The notes under the pieces are model-generated. The model did not search any database. It was not told where the DNA came from and was given only the letters and a program-made list of their open reading frames with translations. A stretch of 64,000 nt of DNA, taken from positions 1,088,001-1,152,000 of the forward strand of contig CAWBKB010000001.1 in assembly GCA_963789265.1 (NCBI GenBank), in the 5' to 3' direction. Source of the DNA: an uncultured delta proteobacterium (lineage in GTDB: Bacteria; Desulfobacterota; Desulfomonilia; Desulfomonilales; Desulfomonilaceae). How positions within the stretch are numbered: position 1 is the first letter of the stretch; each line of letters opens with the position of its first letter. Below, in pieces: positions 37,999 to 48,962 of the stretch. Position numbers and translations under genes: made by a program.

Positions 37999-39651
37999 AT
38001 GGCAGAGAGTATCGACAAGAAAAGTTCGTATCTCAGATTTGAACCGGGGTGGGGAGCGGAGCCTTTGCCACCGATTCCGGAGGTCCCGTTTTATGAGCCG
38101 ATCAAGCAAACCGCTTATCGCTATCCCTTGAAGACCGCACTGATTTCCTTTGAAAGAAGCGTCACGTACAGTGAGTTGATGGAGTTGTCCGATCGATTTG
38201 CAGCAGCTCTCGTTGATCTAGGGGTGAGGAAAGGCGATCGGGTTGGAGTGGTGTTACCCAACACCGCTCAGCACGTCATTGCCTTTCAAGGCATAATCAA
38301 GGCTGGAGCAGTCTCGGTCCCGTGCAATGTGATGCTCAAAGGGCATGAGCTTGCGTACTTGTTCAATGATGCAGGAATCGAAGTGGTCGTGTGCCTGGAT
38401 CTCCTGTGCCCCCTCGTTGGCGCTATAAAGGGGCAGACGAACGTCAAACGCATCATCTCGGTCCATGTTCTGGACATGTCGGAACCAGGGGCATGGGTTC
38501 CGCCCATGCTAAGAGCGCAAAAAAAAGAAATACCCGGGACCCTGGATTTCCAGGTCCTGCTCGACACGTATACACCAGAAGTTCCGGCTGTTTCCATCGA
38601 TCCAAGGAAGGATCTCGCCCTGATCATATACACTGCAGGAACCATGGGGAGCCCCAAAGGAGTAATGCAAACCCATTACCACATGGTCTACACCTGTCTG
38701 AACCATGCTCATGTCCTCGGCCTCGATTACAACGACTCCAATTTGCAGCTTTTGCCCATGTTTCACATTGGGGGATATTACTTGTTTCTTCATCCCCTCC
38801 TTTACAAGGGCGGAAGAGTGGTCATGATGCCAATGTTCGATTCCAGCGAGCTGCTGAAGCTGATTGACAAGCATAAGTTGAACCTGCTTGTCGGCCCGCC
38901 AACTCTCTATGTTGCCCTGTTGAATCATCCGGACATATCTCGTTACGACCTTTCGCATTTCAAATCGAGCATCGCGGCCGCGGCGCCGGTTCCCACGATC
39001 CTGCAACAGCGCTGGCGCGAAGTTACGGGTATCGACCTGAACAAAGGGTGGGGCATGACGGAAACTAACGGAGGTGCCATCGTCTCGTTGCCCAACAAGA
39101 GCAGTCTCGATTCTATCGGGGTGCCCATGTGCGGCGAAGTCAAGATCGTCAAACCGGAAACCGATGACATCCTGCCCATCGGTGAAGTGGGTGAAATAAT
39201 GTGCCGAAGCCCACAGGTGGCCGGCGGTTACTGGAACAAACCTGAGGAGACCCGGGTCGCGTTTGAGCTCGATGGGTGGTTGCACACGGGGGACGCCGGC
39301 TATATCGGCGATGACGGGTTCGTGTACTTCGTGGAGCGCATCAAGGACCTGATCATCGCTTCAGGGTACAACATCGCCCCAAGCTATGTGGAATCGGAGA
39401 TTATGAAGCACCCGGCAGTGAGCGAGGTTGCGGTGATCGGGGTACCGGACGAATATCGAGGCGAAACGGTCAAGGCTTGCGTTGTTCTCAAAGATGAATT
39501 CAAGGGCAGGATCGCGGAGGACGACATCTTAGAGTTTTGCAGAGTCCACATGGCAGCCTTCAAACGCCCGCGCATAGTGCAGTTGGTGGATGACTTGCCC
39601 AAGAATACCATCGGCAAGATACTGCGCCGCGAACTGAGAGACAAATCGTAG
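37999..39651 (+). CDS. AMP-forming acyl-CoA ligase
   Basis: YTAGTMGSPKG, GWGMTE, HTGDAG, GKILRREL; RBS GGAGG. Confidence 0.93.
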   Translation: MAESIDKKSSYLRFEPGWGAEPLPPIPEVPFYEPIKQTAYRYPLKTALISFERSVTYSELMELSDRFAAALVDLGVRKGDRVGVVLPNTAQHVIAFQGIIKAGAVSVPCNVMLKGHELAYLFNDAGIEVVVCLDLLCPLVGAIKGQTNVKRIISVHVLDMSEPGAWVPPMLRAQKKEIPGTLDFQVLLDTYTPEVPAVSIDPRKDLALIIYTAGTMGSPKGVMQTHYHMVYTCLNHAHVLGLDYNDSNLQLLPMFHIGGYYLFLHPLLYKGGRVVMMPMFDSSELLKLIDKHKLNLLVGPPTLYVALLNHPDISRYDLSHFKSSIAAAAPVPTILQQRWREVTGIDLNKGWGMTETNGGAIVSLPNKSSLDSIGVPMCGEVKIVKPETDDILPIGEVGEIMCRSPQVAGGYWNKPEETRVAFELDGWLHTGDAGYIGDDGFVYFVERIKDLIIASGYNIAPSYVESEIMKHPAVSEVAVIGVPDEYRGETVKACVVLKDEFKGRIAEDDILEFCRVHMAAFKRPRIVQLVDDLPKNTIGKILRRELRDKS

Positions 39652-39802
39652 CTTCTAGTTCATTTTCAACTAAGTGCAGCGTTTCATAAATACGGTGCCA
39701 CTTGCACAGACACCCACGACCCCGCGTCCCGCGGGGAGGCCGGTCCTACCGGAAGAGGGCTCCGGCTACAGGCATTATGTATGGAATAATACGTGACCGG
39801 AC

Positions 39803-40165
39803 TTATGAAAGAGAGTGACTAAGTGATTCTCGGACAAGTTGCGAGTCAAATTTCGAGCTGAGATAGCCGGCCCCAGTGCGGATCGCAGCGATGATGTGGC
39901 TTTTTAATTCATTGGTGCGATTCAACACACACAGTGCCGCTACTGCGCAGAGTTCCCGCTCTCGTTGGGTCAACACATCACGCGCATAGAGATTGCCGAA
40001 CACGTGATTGATGAAATCCGACGGTATGTCAAAGTACCCGAATAGCTCATGGAGCAATTGAGTTCTTGTGCCCCCCACCAGTTTCTTGGACACGTCCGTA
40101 GGGTCGTCACCCGGACGGATGTCCGAAGCAATTGCCGCTTTCGTCTGGTCGTCTGGCATTACCAT
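39803..40165 (-). pseudogene. Carboxymuconolactone decarboxylase family protein, apparently C-terminally truncated
   Basis: FGNLYARDVLTQRERELCAVAAL...ELKSHIIAAIRTGA, after which the family pattern is lost. Confidence 0.6.
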
Positions 40166-40228
40166 AACTGTCTCCTCTACACGCAGTCAGGATTCTTTGT
40201 TAACTTTGTTCACCGGCATATCGAGATT

Positions 40229-41188
40229 TCATACCGGATCAAAAGCCTGTATCTTCTCCAAGTGCTCAAGCATCTTGAGATACCTTTTGTCTCGTTTGAT
40301 AAGGATTTCTTCCTCGGTGCGACCTCCATAGTCGTAAATACCTTTGGACGTCTTTGCGCCGAGTTGGCCTTGTTTCACTTTTTCTTCCACCAGAGGGCTG
40401 ATTCGATCATGGCTCCTCATGATGTCGGCCACGAGGTCGAGGCCCGTGAAATCCACCGATTGCACCACCCCTACGATGGGAAGTCTAATCCCGAGGCTGG
40501 CTTTGACGGCGAAATCGATCTCTTCAGGTGTCGCCCACTCGTTCTCCAACATCTCCCATACGGCTTTTCCGATGCTCCTTTGAATTCGGTTGACAATGAA
40601 GGATGGAACGAATTTTTTCAGCATCAGGGGCTTTTTTCCGATCCTCTTCATCAGTTCTGTAGTGAATGTGACGACCCTTGCATCGGTGTTCGGTCCGGGC
40701 ACCACCTCCACCAAAGGGATTATATGTGGCGGCGCGAACCAGTGGGCGACAATAAGGCGGTCCGGCGATTTTACCCGGGCGATCTCGAAGATATTCAATG
40801 ACGAGGTATTGCTGGCCAGAACAGTATCTTGAGGGCAGATTTCGTCGAGTTGTCTAAACACCTCCCGCTTGATATCAGGCACCTCGCTCACGGCCTCCAG
40901 GACAAAATCCGCTTTTCGTGCCGAGGCAGTCAGATCGGTTGATGTACGTATACGGGCCGTAATCTCCGGTATATCGTTTTCATGCACCCGTCCGAACTCG
41001 GCCAGGGTATGTAAATTAGTCCTTATGAGGGTCGTGGCACGCGTAAGCGCGCGTTCGTTCAGATCTACAAGATCCACTTCAATACCGGCCTGAGCAAAGA
41101 CCTGAGCGATGGAATGCCCCATCACCCCAGCCCCGACTACCAGGACAGTCCCGACATTACCAGCTTCCATGACAGCCGCTCCTCCCAT
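40229..41188 (-). CDS. 3-hydroxyacyl-CoA dehydrogenase family protein
   Basis: GAGVMG, SNTSS, HWFAPP, FIVNRIQ. Confidence 0.92.
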   Translation of the reverse strand: MGGAAVMEAGNVGTVLVVGAGVMGHSIAQVFAQAGIEVDLVDLNERALTRATTLIRTNLHTLAEFGRVHENDIPEITARIRTSTDLTASARKADFVLEAVSEVPDIKREVFRQLDEICPQDTVLASNTSSLNIFEIARVKSPDRLIVAHWFAPPHIIPLVEVVPGPNTDARVVTFTTELMKRIGKKPLMLKKFVPSFIVNRIQRSIGKAVWEMLENEWATPEEIDFAVKASLGIRLPIVGVVQSVDFTGLDLVADIMRSHDRISPLVEEKVKQGQLGAKTSKGIYDYGGRTEEEILIKRDKRYLKMLEHLEKIQAFDPV

Positions 41189-41369
41189 TGATATTTCTCC
41201 TATTATGTTTTACCCGACCTTTTGCCGCGTCCGAGTGGATTGCACCCCATTTTGGGGTAAATCGCATCAACGGCTTCTGAGATCCGGCGCAGAGAACCTT
41301 GAGAAAGAAGCACCTCCCGCATCGTGCAAGCCGGAAGGTGCTGAATTCATGGACTCTAATGAAAGTCGG

Positions 41370-42239
41370 TTATTTTTTGTAGCTGTACCAGCCCTCGCCC
41401 GTCTTCTGGCCGAGTTTACCTTCAGTAACCTTTTTCACAATGCTGGGAGTCGGAAGGTCCGCCCTGTCGCCGGTTTCATAGAAGTGGCTCATCCCGATGT
41501 CATAGCTCAGGTCGATACCCGTCAGATCCATGAGGCGGAACGGGCCCATGGGATGGCCGGCGCCGTAGACGCAAGCTTTGTCTATATCCTCATAAGAGGC
41601 CACGCCCATTTCGAGCATCCACATGGCTTCTTTCGAAATAGCCGCGACAATTCGGTTCAGGACGAAACCGTCCACTTCTTTCTTGATCAGGATGGGCACT
41701 TTGTCGATCTTCAGACAAAAGTCCATCATGCATTGCGCGGTTTCATCTGAGACATGGGGACCTTGGACCACTTCGACGAGCTTCATGACCAGCGCGGGGT
41801 TGAAGAAATGGAGATTGCAGACCTGGGAAGGACGATTGGTAACATCGACGATACGGGAACTTACAATGAAAGAACTGTTCGTGGCCAGAATGGCTTTCGG
41901 TGGAGTGAACTTATCCAGATCGGCAAAGACTTTCCGCTTCAGATCGATTCTTTCCAGGACCGCCTCTATAACCAGGTCGGCATCCTTGACGGCTTCTTTC
42001 AGATCGCCCGTAAACGAAATAAGACTGCGGGCCCTTTTCGCGGCATCTTCCGTCAGCTTCCCCTTTTGAACGCGCCCCGGCAGATAGGTATCGCAAAATT
42101 TCTCCGCTTTTTCGAGCACTTCCGGAACCACGTCGGTGCTGACCGTTTTTAAGCCGTGAAGGGCACACTGCAGCGCGATCTGGTGCCCCATGTTCCCGGC
42201 CCCCACAACAGATACGTTCTTCACTTCATCTATCTTCAT
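41370..42239 (-). CDS. 3-hydroxyacyl(butyryl)-CoA dehydrogenase
   Basis: GAGNMG, TNSS, HFFNPA, HPMGPF. Confidence 0.93.
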   Translation of the reverse strand: MKIDEVKNVSVVGAGNMGHQIALQCALHGLKTVSTDVVPEVLEKAEKFCDTYLPGRVQKGKLTEDAAKRARSLISFTGDLKEAVKDADLVIEAVLERIDLKRKVFADLDKFTPPKAILATNSSFIVSSRIVDVTNRPSQVCNLHFFNPALVMKLVEVVQGPHVSDETAQCMMDFCLKIDKVPILIKKEVDGFVLNRIVAAISKEAMWMLEMGVASYEDIDKACVYGAGHPMGPFRLMDLTGIDLSYDIGMSHFYETGDRADLPTPSIVKKVTEGKLGQKTGEGWYSYKK

Positions 42240-42614
42240 GTTTCACTCTCCTCCCACTTTTCTTTTGGATCTCTGTTTATTGATTCCACCGCTACATAAG
42301 GTCAACGATTTTTTCATGAGACGGCGGCAAAAAGAAACGGAATGTTCAATTTGACAAACCCGCTATATGAATCGAAAGGAGATTGCTAATGAGAGTCAAG
42401 ACGCATCCAAGTGTTAAAAAAAGTGCCTGAATTTGTGCAACATGAATTGCCAGCGGATGAGTTGCAGGGTATAGCCCAGGCACCTGCACTTGTGGCTCCC
42501 GCAATTTGGGTAAATGTCCGCAAGATGAAGTTCAGCCACTAACTTTGGATGCGGATCCAATTAGCCGACGCTTTGGGCGAAAACAGTTAATTTGGCAGGA
42601 TAATGAAGTAATTC

Positions 42615-42661
42615 TGGAGCCGGGGATGGGAGTCGAACCCACGACCTGCTGATTACGAATC
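42615..42661 (-). other. attR-like 47-bp duplicate of the tRNA-Thr 3' end
   Basis: Identical to 51934-51980. Confidence 0.9.
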
Positions 42662-42810
42662 CCGCTATTGTGAGATTTAACAAAACATATTCAGGTACTT
42701 CCCTCTGGACTCCCGTTGCTACCTTCCAGGACAAATCAGGACGATACAGAACCCAATGGCACAAAATTGGCACACCCCGCTCCAGGGCAAAGAGCGCAAC
42801 ATACTTGTTC

Positions 42811-43699
42811 TTAGCCGACCATTTCGCGGATGACTTCTTTCACGGAGAGGATATCCGTCACGAGCCCTGCAATCTGGCCTGCAGGAAGAATACCCAGATC
42901 CACATTCCCCTTGAGCCAGGAATCCTCCATTGTTGGACCGCCGAAGCCCGACATCGCTTCAGTCTCTCCACTTTGAATTCTTTCCGTGAAAGCTGTCTTC
43001 AGCGCCCGAACCTGGAAACGTCCCAAGTTGATGAGTAGGGTCCCCAAGTCCCCTGCTTCAACTATAAGCTTCTTGTAATTGTCGTGCGCGATGCATTCCT
43101 TTGTGGCGATGAACCTCGTTCCCACTTGCACCCCTTCAGCTCCAAGGGCCATGGCTGCCCTGTACGCCCTAGAGTCCGCTATGCCTCCCGCAGCGATTAC
43201 CGGAACCTTGACCTTGTCCACAACCGCTGGAACAAGAACCATTGTTGATGGTCCTCCAAAGCCCTGTACACCACCTGATTCACTCCCTTCTGCCACTATG
43301 GCATCCGCTCCCAGTGCTTCCGCCTTGGAGGCAGAATCGGCGGTCGGTACAACGACCAGAGCTTTGATCCCATGCTCTCGGAGAAACGGAATGATTTGCT
43401 TTGGAGATCCTCCGGATACAGTCACCGCGCTGAATGCCTTCCTCAGCCATCACCGCACCAAATTCCAATACCTTGGGGTTCATGGCAAAGAGGTTTGCAC
43501 CAAAGGGTTTGTTGGTAAGCGCCTTGGTGGATCGCACCTGATCACGTACAGCTTCCGCGTCAGTCGCGAAAGCCGTTGCGAGGAGTCCGTAGCCGCCTGC
43601 CTCGGAAACCGCAGCCACGAGCTCTGGATTGCAAATCACTCCCATGGCGCCCTGAATGACTGGATACTTCACGCCTAATAGTTCAGACACACGCGACAT
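42811..43699 (-). CDS. Nitronate monooxygenase/FabK-like flavoprotein (frameshift near 43430)
   Basis: YPVIQGAM, KPFGAN in one frame; EGSESGG, AAGGIAD, GVQVGTRF in the next. Confidence 0.88.
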
Positions 43700-43874
43700 T
43701 GCTCTTTGCCTCCATTTGAGCGCGGAAATGACGGATCGATCATGGATCAGATGACTGGGCTACAACAGGTACTTTGATGCCACAGATTAACTGTCGCCAA
43801 ATCTCACTTACCCGAGAAGCCATCAGGAGAGGTTTTTGCCGTGAAAAGGACCGACCTGCATCCCTCTGGGTTCC

Positions 43875-44441
43875 TCACATGAACTTATGAGCAAATTTCA
43901 CGGCCTCAGCCTTGATTTCCTGGCCCATGGCATCAGGTGTGGTCGTAAAGGGTATTACAAGGGTTCCAGGGACGCTGCATTTCGTGTACTCCATTAGCCT
44001 GTTGAACATCTTCATCACGAGGTCCGCGTTTTCTTCGATAGGACCCGCGCACGTTACCAGAAGCCCAGCCTTTTTTCCTTCAAGGAGGGACTTCCATTTA
44101 GGAGTACCGTAATCTGTAACAAGACAGAAACAACGGTCTATCAACGGCTTGATTTGCGAAGAGAAGCCCCAGCAAAAGAGTGGTGAAGCCAATAGAATGA
44201 CGTCAGAAGCTATTAGTCGCTCAAAGATTTCCTTCGCGTCATCCTCTTGAGGACAGCCCGGCTCGTCGGGAATGCCTTGACACGTGTAGCATTCTTGGCA
44301 GCCATTCACCTTTTTATCTATTATATTGATATGATCGACGAAGTGACCGTTCGCCCGCAGTTCTTCCTCCCCCCACCCTAGAACCTTTGCCGTGTTGCCC
44401 TTTTTCGGGCGCGGACTTCCCAACACGCTCACAATCCTCAT
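43875..44441 (-). CDS. Flavodoxin family / iron-sulfur flavoprotein
   Basis: GSPR..GNT, CQECYTC..CPQEDD, ASP, IDR. Confidence 0.9.
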   Translation of the reverse strand: MRIVSVLGSPRPKKGNTAKVLGWGEEELRANGHFVDHINIIDKKVNGCQECYTCQGIPDEPGCPQEDDAKEIFERLIASDVILLASPLFCWGFSSQIKPLIDRCFCLVTDYGTPKWKSLLEGKKAGLLVTCAGPIEENADLVMKMFNRLMEYTKCSVPGTLVIPFTTTPDAMGQEIKAEAVKFAHKFM

Positions 44442-44885
44442 TTTTGCCTCCTCCATCAACGAAACAGTGAATTTTAGGCCATTTTCTTAGAGTCAGATTG
44501 GTGGTCACGTCGTGCAGAATTTTCCCTTCGTGAAGATCGCGATTTATCTGTACCAAGAATTATGCACCGGTTTGGCCACTTCAATGTTTCTTCTGCCGGG
44601 AACCGGACGTAACATCCTTGCTTGGACATCGAAAAGGGTTCCCATTTCCTCGCCTGATCGTCAGAAGCAAAATTCTCACGATGGTGCCTAAAAGCTAATT
44701 TTATCTTCTGCTTGAGCATACCTCACCGTACGCCAAGCGGTCAATCTGTATATTACTCCTTGTGTCCGGTTCACGAAAATGGCTCCTGATTTGATTGTAC
44801 GAAGCCCGAGAATGTGTGCTGTCCTTTCAGCCAGAGCACTAAATATCAAGCACTTGACTCTGAAGGTTCAGAGAGATTGAAGCCT

Positions 44886-44984
44886 TTAGCGAAGAATGCC
44901 CTCCAGAATACTGGGTTCAACAAACAGAAGGATGACTATCAATATGATAGCGAACATGAAGATCTCGGAAACGATTCCGTTCAT
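44886..44984 (-). CDS. 32-aa hydrophobic microprotein, paralogue 2
   Basis: MNGIVSEIFMFAIILIVILLFVEPSILEGILR*; RBS GAAGAGG; upstream ~80 bp conserved with paralogue 1. Confidence 0.72.
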   Translation of the reverse strand: MNGIVSEIFMFAIILIVILLFVEPSILEGILR

Positions 44985-45548
44985 GGCAAACCTCTTCGCG
45001 TTCAATTGATTCATTCTTTTTAAGTACTTGGACTAGAAATTTTGTGATCCGTTAAAAAGATGACGAGTCGGGATGAGCTGGAAACGGTCGGATTCCGAGA
45101 TTTGAGATGTACTGGGCTTGGATATGAGTGAGGCAACAAGCAATCCTGGAAAAGGGGTCATACACTTGCCGAGAACTGCGGAATCAGGCTCCCGTTCGGG
45201 TTCAAACATTAGCCTTTTCGGCAACAAGCGGCCACATTTGCAAACAAATATTGAAATATGAAAAATCACCCATAGCAGCTTTCCCCTGCCTCTTTCAGAA
45301 AGTCGCTCAGAATTGATTCTGCGAAGCCTCAGTTTCGATTTGACCGCCCGCTGGATTCCGGGTATCGTCTGCCTTCGTTGCAATGCATTCAGGAAATCCA
45401 GATCATCGCCACCCTGCTGGTGGAGTGGAATTTCTCTGCCTTGGGGGCCTCTCGGGAATGGCAGAACCGATCCTGCGGCCGGTCATTGGCCCAAGGCCGC
45501 AGAAATGGCAAGACCGCCGCATAATTCAGAATAAAATCGGAGGTTCTC

Positions 45549-45854
45549 ATGTTAACGATAGTTGCCTTCGCTCAAGCGAAACCCGGTAAAGAAAAGGATC
45601 TTGAAAAAGCTCTTCTGGAACTAGTTTCCCATACTAGGAAAGAAGCGGCCTGCATCAATTATGATCTCCATCGGCACCTCAACAAACCGGGTATGTTCGT
45701 GTTCTATGAAAATTGGATTGATAAAGCCGGCCTGGAGCAACACGGCAAATCACAACATATTGCGGATTTCAAAACAAAAGCGGGCGACCTGCTGGCAGAA
45801 CCGCTTAAAATCGAATTGTGCGAAATGGTGTCTCAGCAGGTCTCTAAGAAATGA
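45549..45854 (+). CDS. ABM-domain putative quinol monooxygenase
   Basis: AKPGKE, TRKEAACINYDLH, FYENW. Confidence 0.9.
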   Translation: MLTIVAFAQAKPGKEKDLEKALLELVSHTRKEAACINYDLHRHLNKPGMFVFYENWIDKAGLEQHGKSQHIADFKTKAGDLLAEPLKIELCEMVSQQVSKK

Positions 45855-46001
45855 GGAACGGAGTTTGACCTAGGACCCTTGGGAAAGGTATCCAGATCAA
45901 CAGCCTTTTGTGCTACCACCGGTGGCTTTCTTTGCACTTTCGCTGTTTCTTGCGTCACGGGATAGTGGAACATAACAAAAGAGAGAGCCGGACCAAGCCA
46001 A

Positions 46002-46196
46002 CTAATGCTTTCTTTCTGGGTTTGGGAAGCTGGAAGAACAGGGCGGGCTAATCGTGGCCGTGTGATCCGAAATTATGACAAGGGTTCTTGTCTTAAGGGA
46101 TCGTCTCATCCCACCTTGCGTGGAGCACTTGAATATCCTTGCAAGTTCCTCATCGCTTATCGTTTGGCCTGGCGAAAGGCCGTGTTCAAGTAGCAT
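46002..46196 (-). pseudogene. Truncated N-terminus of an SRA/HNH McrA-like endonuclease
   Basis: IFKCSTQGGMRRSLKTRTLVIISDHT followed by unrelated sequence; overlaps the Nudix gene. Confidence 0.55.
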
Positions 46197-46578
46197 GATG
46201 GGTCCTCCTCAATTTATGAACAAATGGTAAATCAGCGGGAACAAACTCGTAGTTCTCCAGTTCCTCAAATGAGACCCACCTGCTACTTTCGTGATCCGTT
46301 AATGACATTTCTCCGCCTGTCCAATCGACTACGTATGCAAGAAGCCTGATGGACCCATGCTTGTAATGATAAATGCTTTCACCAAAGAACTCCTGAACAG
46401 ACACCTCTATGCCAAACTCTTCTCTCATTTCACGCGCCAGGCACTCCTGGGGCGTCTCTCCATTTTCCAATTTCCCGCCTGGAAATTCCCACAAGTATTC
46501 AAGCTGCTTTCCGGCTTTCCGCTGGCCGATAAAGACCTTACGGTTCTGAATAAGGATGGCCGCGGTCACCGTCTGCAT
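46186..46578 (-). CDS. Nudix (MutT-like) pyrophosphohydrolase
   Basis: WEFPGGKLENGETPQECLAREMREEFG. Confidence 0.93.
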   Translation of the reverse strand: MQTVTAAILIQNRKVFIGQRKAGKQLEYLWEFPGGKLENGETPQECLAREMREEFGIEVSVQEFFGESIYHYKHGSIRLLAYVVDWTGGEMSLTDHESSRWVSFEELENYEFVPADLPFVHKLRRTHHAT

Positions 46579-46706
46579 GGCTTGTTACGTCCTATTTGCT
46601 TCAAATGGGTTTGGACTCTCGGGCACTCTTCTACTTAGGATGCAGCCCCTGGCCAAGACGGTGCAGCATGTTAGCCGGTTCTGTCCCAGCGTTTTGAAAC
46701 AGGGGA

Positions 46707-47817
46707 TCACATGAACTTGTCCCTGAAAGCCCGCTGTTTCTCCAACGTCCATCGGACACAAAAAGCTGGTTTCCCTTTCATCACGATCTTAGTACACGCA
46801 TTGCACGAGTCGCACTGCAAAATTTCTTTGTCCCGCCCATCCATCACCTTTTGAGGCCATTCGGGATCAGTCCAGAGCACTCTGGCAAGTCCGATGAGAT
46901 CTGCACACCCATCGGCAACTATCTGTTCTGCCAACTCTCCCGTTACAATGAGGCCAGCAGTTACGATAGGAATTTCCACTTCCTTCTTTATCGCAGCCGC
47001 CAACTCAACCATGTAGCCCGGCCTTGTCGATCTTTCGATGATTTCTGGTAGGATAAAGGACTCATACGTGCCACCCATAACAGAAAGGTATGCCACTCCA
47101 AGATCGGAGAGCGTGCGAGCGAAAACAGAGGATTCTTCCAACTTCAAGCCATCGGGCAGCCATTCATCAGCCAGGAAACGGTATCCCACGGGGAAATTAC
47201 CGACGGCTTTCTTGACCTTGGTCACAACCTCCAATGCAAATCTTTGCCGCTTCTCAAAGGTGCCACCATACTCATCTTGTCTTTTGTTCGTTCTTGGGGA
47301 GAGAAACTGTGCGAGCAGGTACCCAGTACCTCCGTGCAATTCTACCAGGTCGAACCCCGCCTTCTTCACTCGGACAGCGGCATCGACGTACTTATCTTGG
47401 ATTTCTCTAATTTCTGCAACGGTCAAAGCTCTCGCCATGCGACCAAACGTATTTACGGGAGAAGGTGCAACTGGCTCCGGGATGCCGGCAAACCGCCCTG
47501 CGTGATTGATCTGCAAACAAGCCTGCGCTCCTTGCTCTTTGATCGTATCAGCCAAAAGTCTAAGCCCGTCCAGATTGTCATCGGTATCGGACCGAATGGT
47601 CCGACTGGAGCCGCTGCCCAAGTTGAAATCGATGGTGGAATTTTCCACAACCACTAGCGCAACACCACTTTGGGCCATGAGTCTATAATGATCGAGGAGC
47701 AGTTCGGTGACTGTCCCGCCGTAGCCAGCATATCCTAGGGTAAAGAGGCGGCATTATCAGTCGGTTCTTGAATTTCAAGCCGCCGATTTCCAAGGATTCG
47801 AAAAGATGGGAATACAT
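46707..47817 (-). CDS. NADH:flavin oxidoreductase (Old Yellow Enzyme family), frameshift near 47740
   Basis: MYSHLFESLEIGGLKFKNRLIMPP in the upstream frame; QINHAGR, GYLLAQFLSPRTNKRQDEYGG. Confidence 0.9.
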
Positions 47818-47886
47818 GAGCTGTTCCTTTCGAAAGGGAAGCGTCTACTCACGATTTCTGGACTGCATTTTCGGTCACAGGATCAT

Positions 47887-48222
47887 TCACTCTCTCGGCT
47901 TTGGTTGCCTGTTTCTTTTGTCGCGAGCTTCATCCTTCCCGCTGATTACTAGAAAGTCCAGTGGCAACCTCTTCAGGACATCCTCCATGGTAACCTCCGG
48001 CAATTTCTCATTATATTGCATTTTGCCACTATCATACGTCTGGATGCTGATGCCCTTGCTCCCTTTTATGATTATTACTTTGTAAAGCCGGGTCTTATAA
48101 CCTTGAGGTATCGTAATGAAATACTCTGTCTTTGATCTGGACCACCTTGGCTTTATACCATGCGCCTTGGCCTCTTCCGCTCGCTTTAATATTGCCTCGA
48201 ACAGGTCCTTGATTGCCACCAC
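47887..48222 (-). CDS. Hypothetical protein
   Basis: 111-aa ORF with plausible composition, no recognised motif. Confidence 0.5.
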   Translation of the reverse strand: MVAIKDLFEAILKRAEEAKAHGIKPRWSRSKTEYFITIPQGYKTRLYKVIIIKGSKGISIQTYDSGKMQYNEKLPEVTMEDVLKRLPLDFLVISGKDEARDKRNRQPKPRE

Positions 48223-48962
48223 CGCTTTTCACCCCCGAATTTTAGTGGCCGGGTACAATGATGAAAAAGACTCCATTGCTTATAGTCTGACACCAGGGCT
48301 TGTATTTTAAACAGTGTGCCGCAGCACAAGTGGAAAAGCAATGGGAATCATCTCATCGAGATCATGGAAAGAGCGTCTTTTTTGGCCGCGAGGCAGCGCG
48401 GCCCACAACACTGTTTCATCCAAGGAACTGTGCCGGAGGCAATTATTGCCTTTCGTGATTCGCACTCCTATTAGGATGCCATACGAACGCGATCTGACTT
48501 GGAGGAGACAGATACGCTGGCTTGCATAACGGGTGGAAACGCACAAGCGTTTCATAGCGGTGTTCCTGATCTTATTCGCGACAAGGTTCGGCAGTTGCTT
48601 CCGTCCGATCTGTGGGTGGTTACGCATAACTTCATCGTTGAGCAGGGATTGGGACGATGTGTCAGACAAGCTCTTTCGCTAATTGGGCTGGATGTGAGAT
48701 GTAAGGTGACCTTAAGTAGTGCGCAGTGCCCTCAATTATTGTGGCAAATTACTACACCTCACGAAATTTACCTCAGCAGTATAATTCGCTCTAAGATCAA
48801 CTAATTACAACCTTTATCTCTGTCCGACTGTTGCATTTTACCTCACTCTAGCCATCGCCCCGAAATACCATACCCTGTAAATCAATCGTAAAATAAGCCA
48901 ATTAATTAATTTCTTCATCTTGGCACACTTAATGAATGTAAGGAGGGTAAAGAGGACGGCAG

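Noticed and set aside
48921..48937. Sigma54 promoter upstream of the GcvH-like gene
   Set aside because: TGGCAC is present but the -12 position reads ATGAA, lacking the conserved GC.
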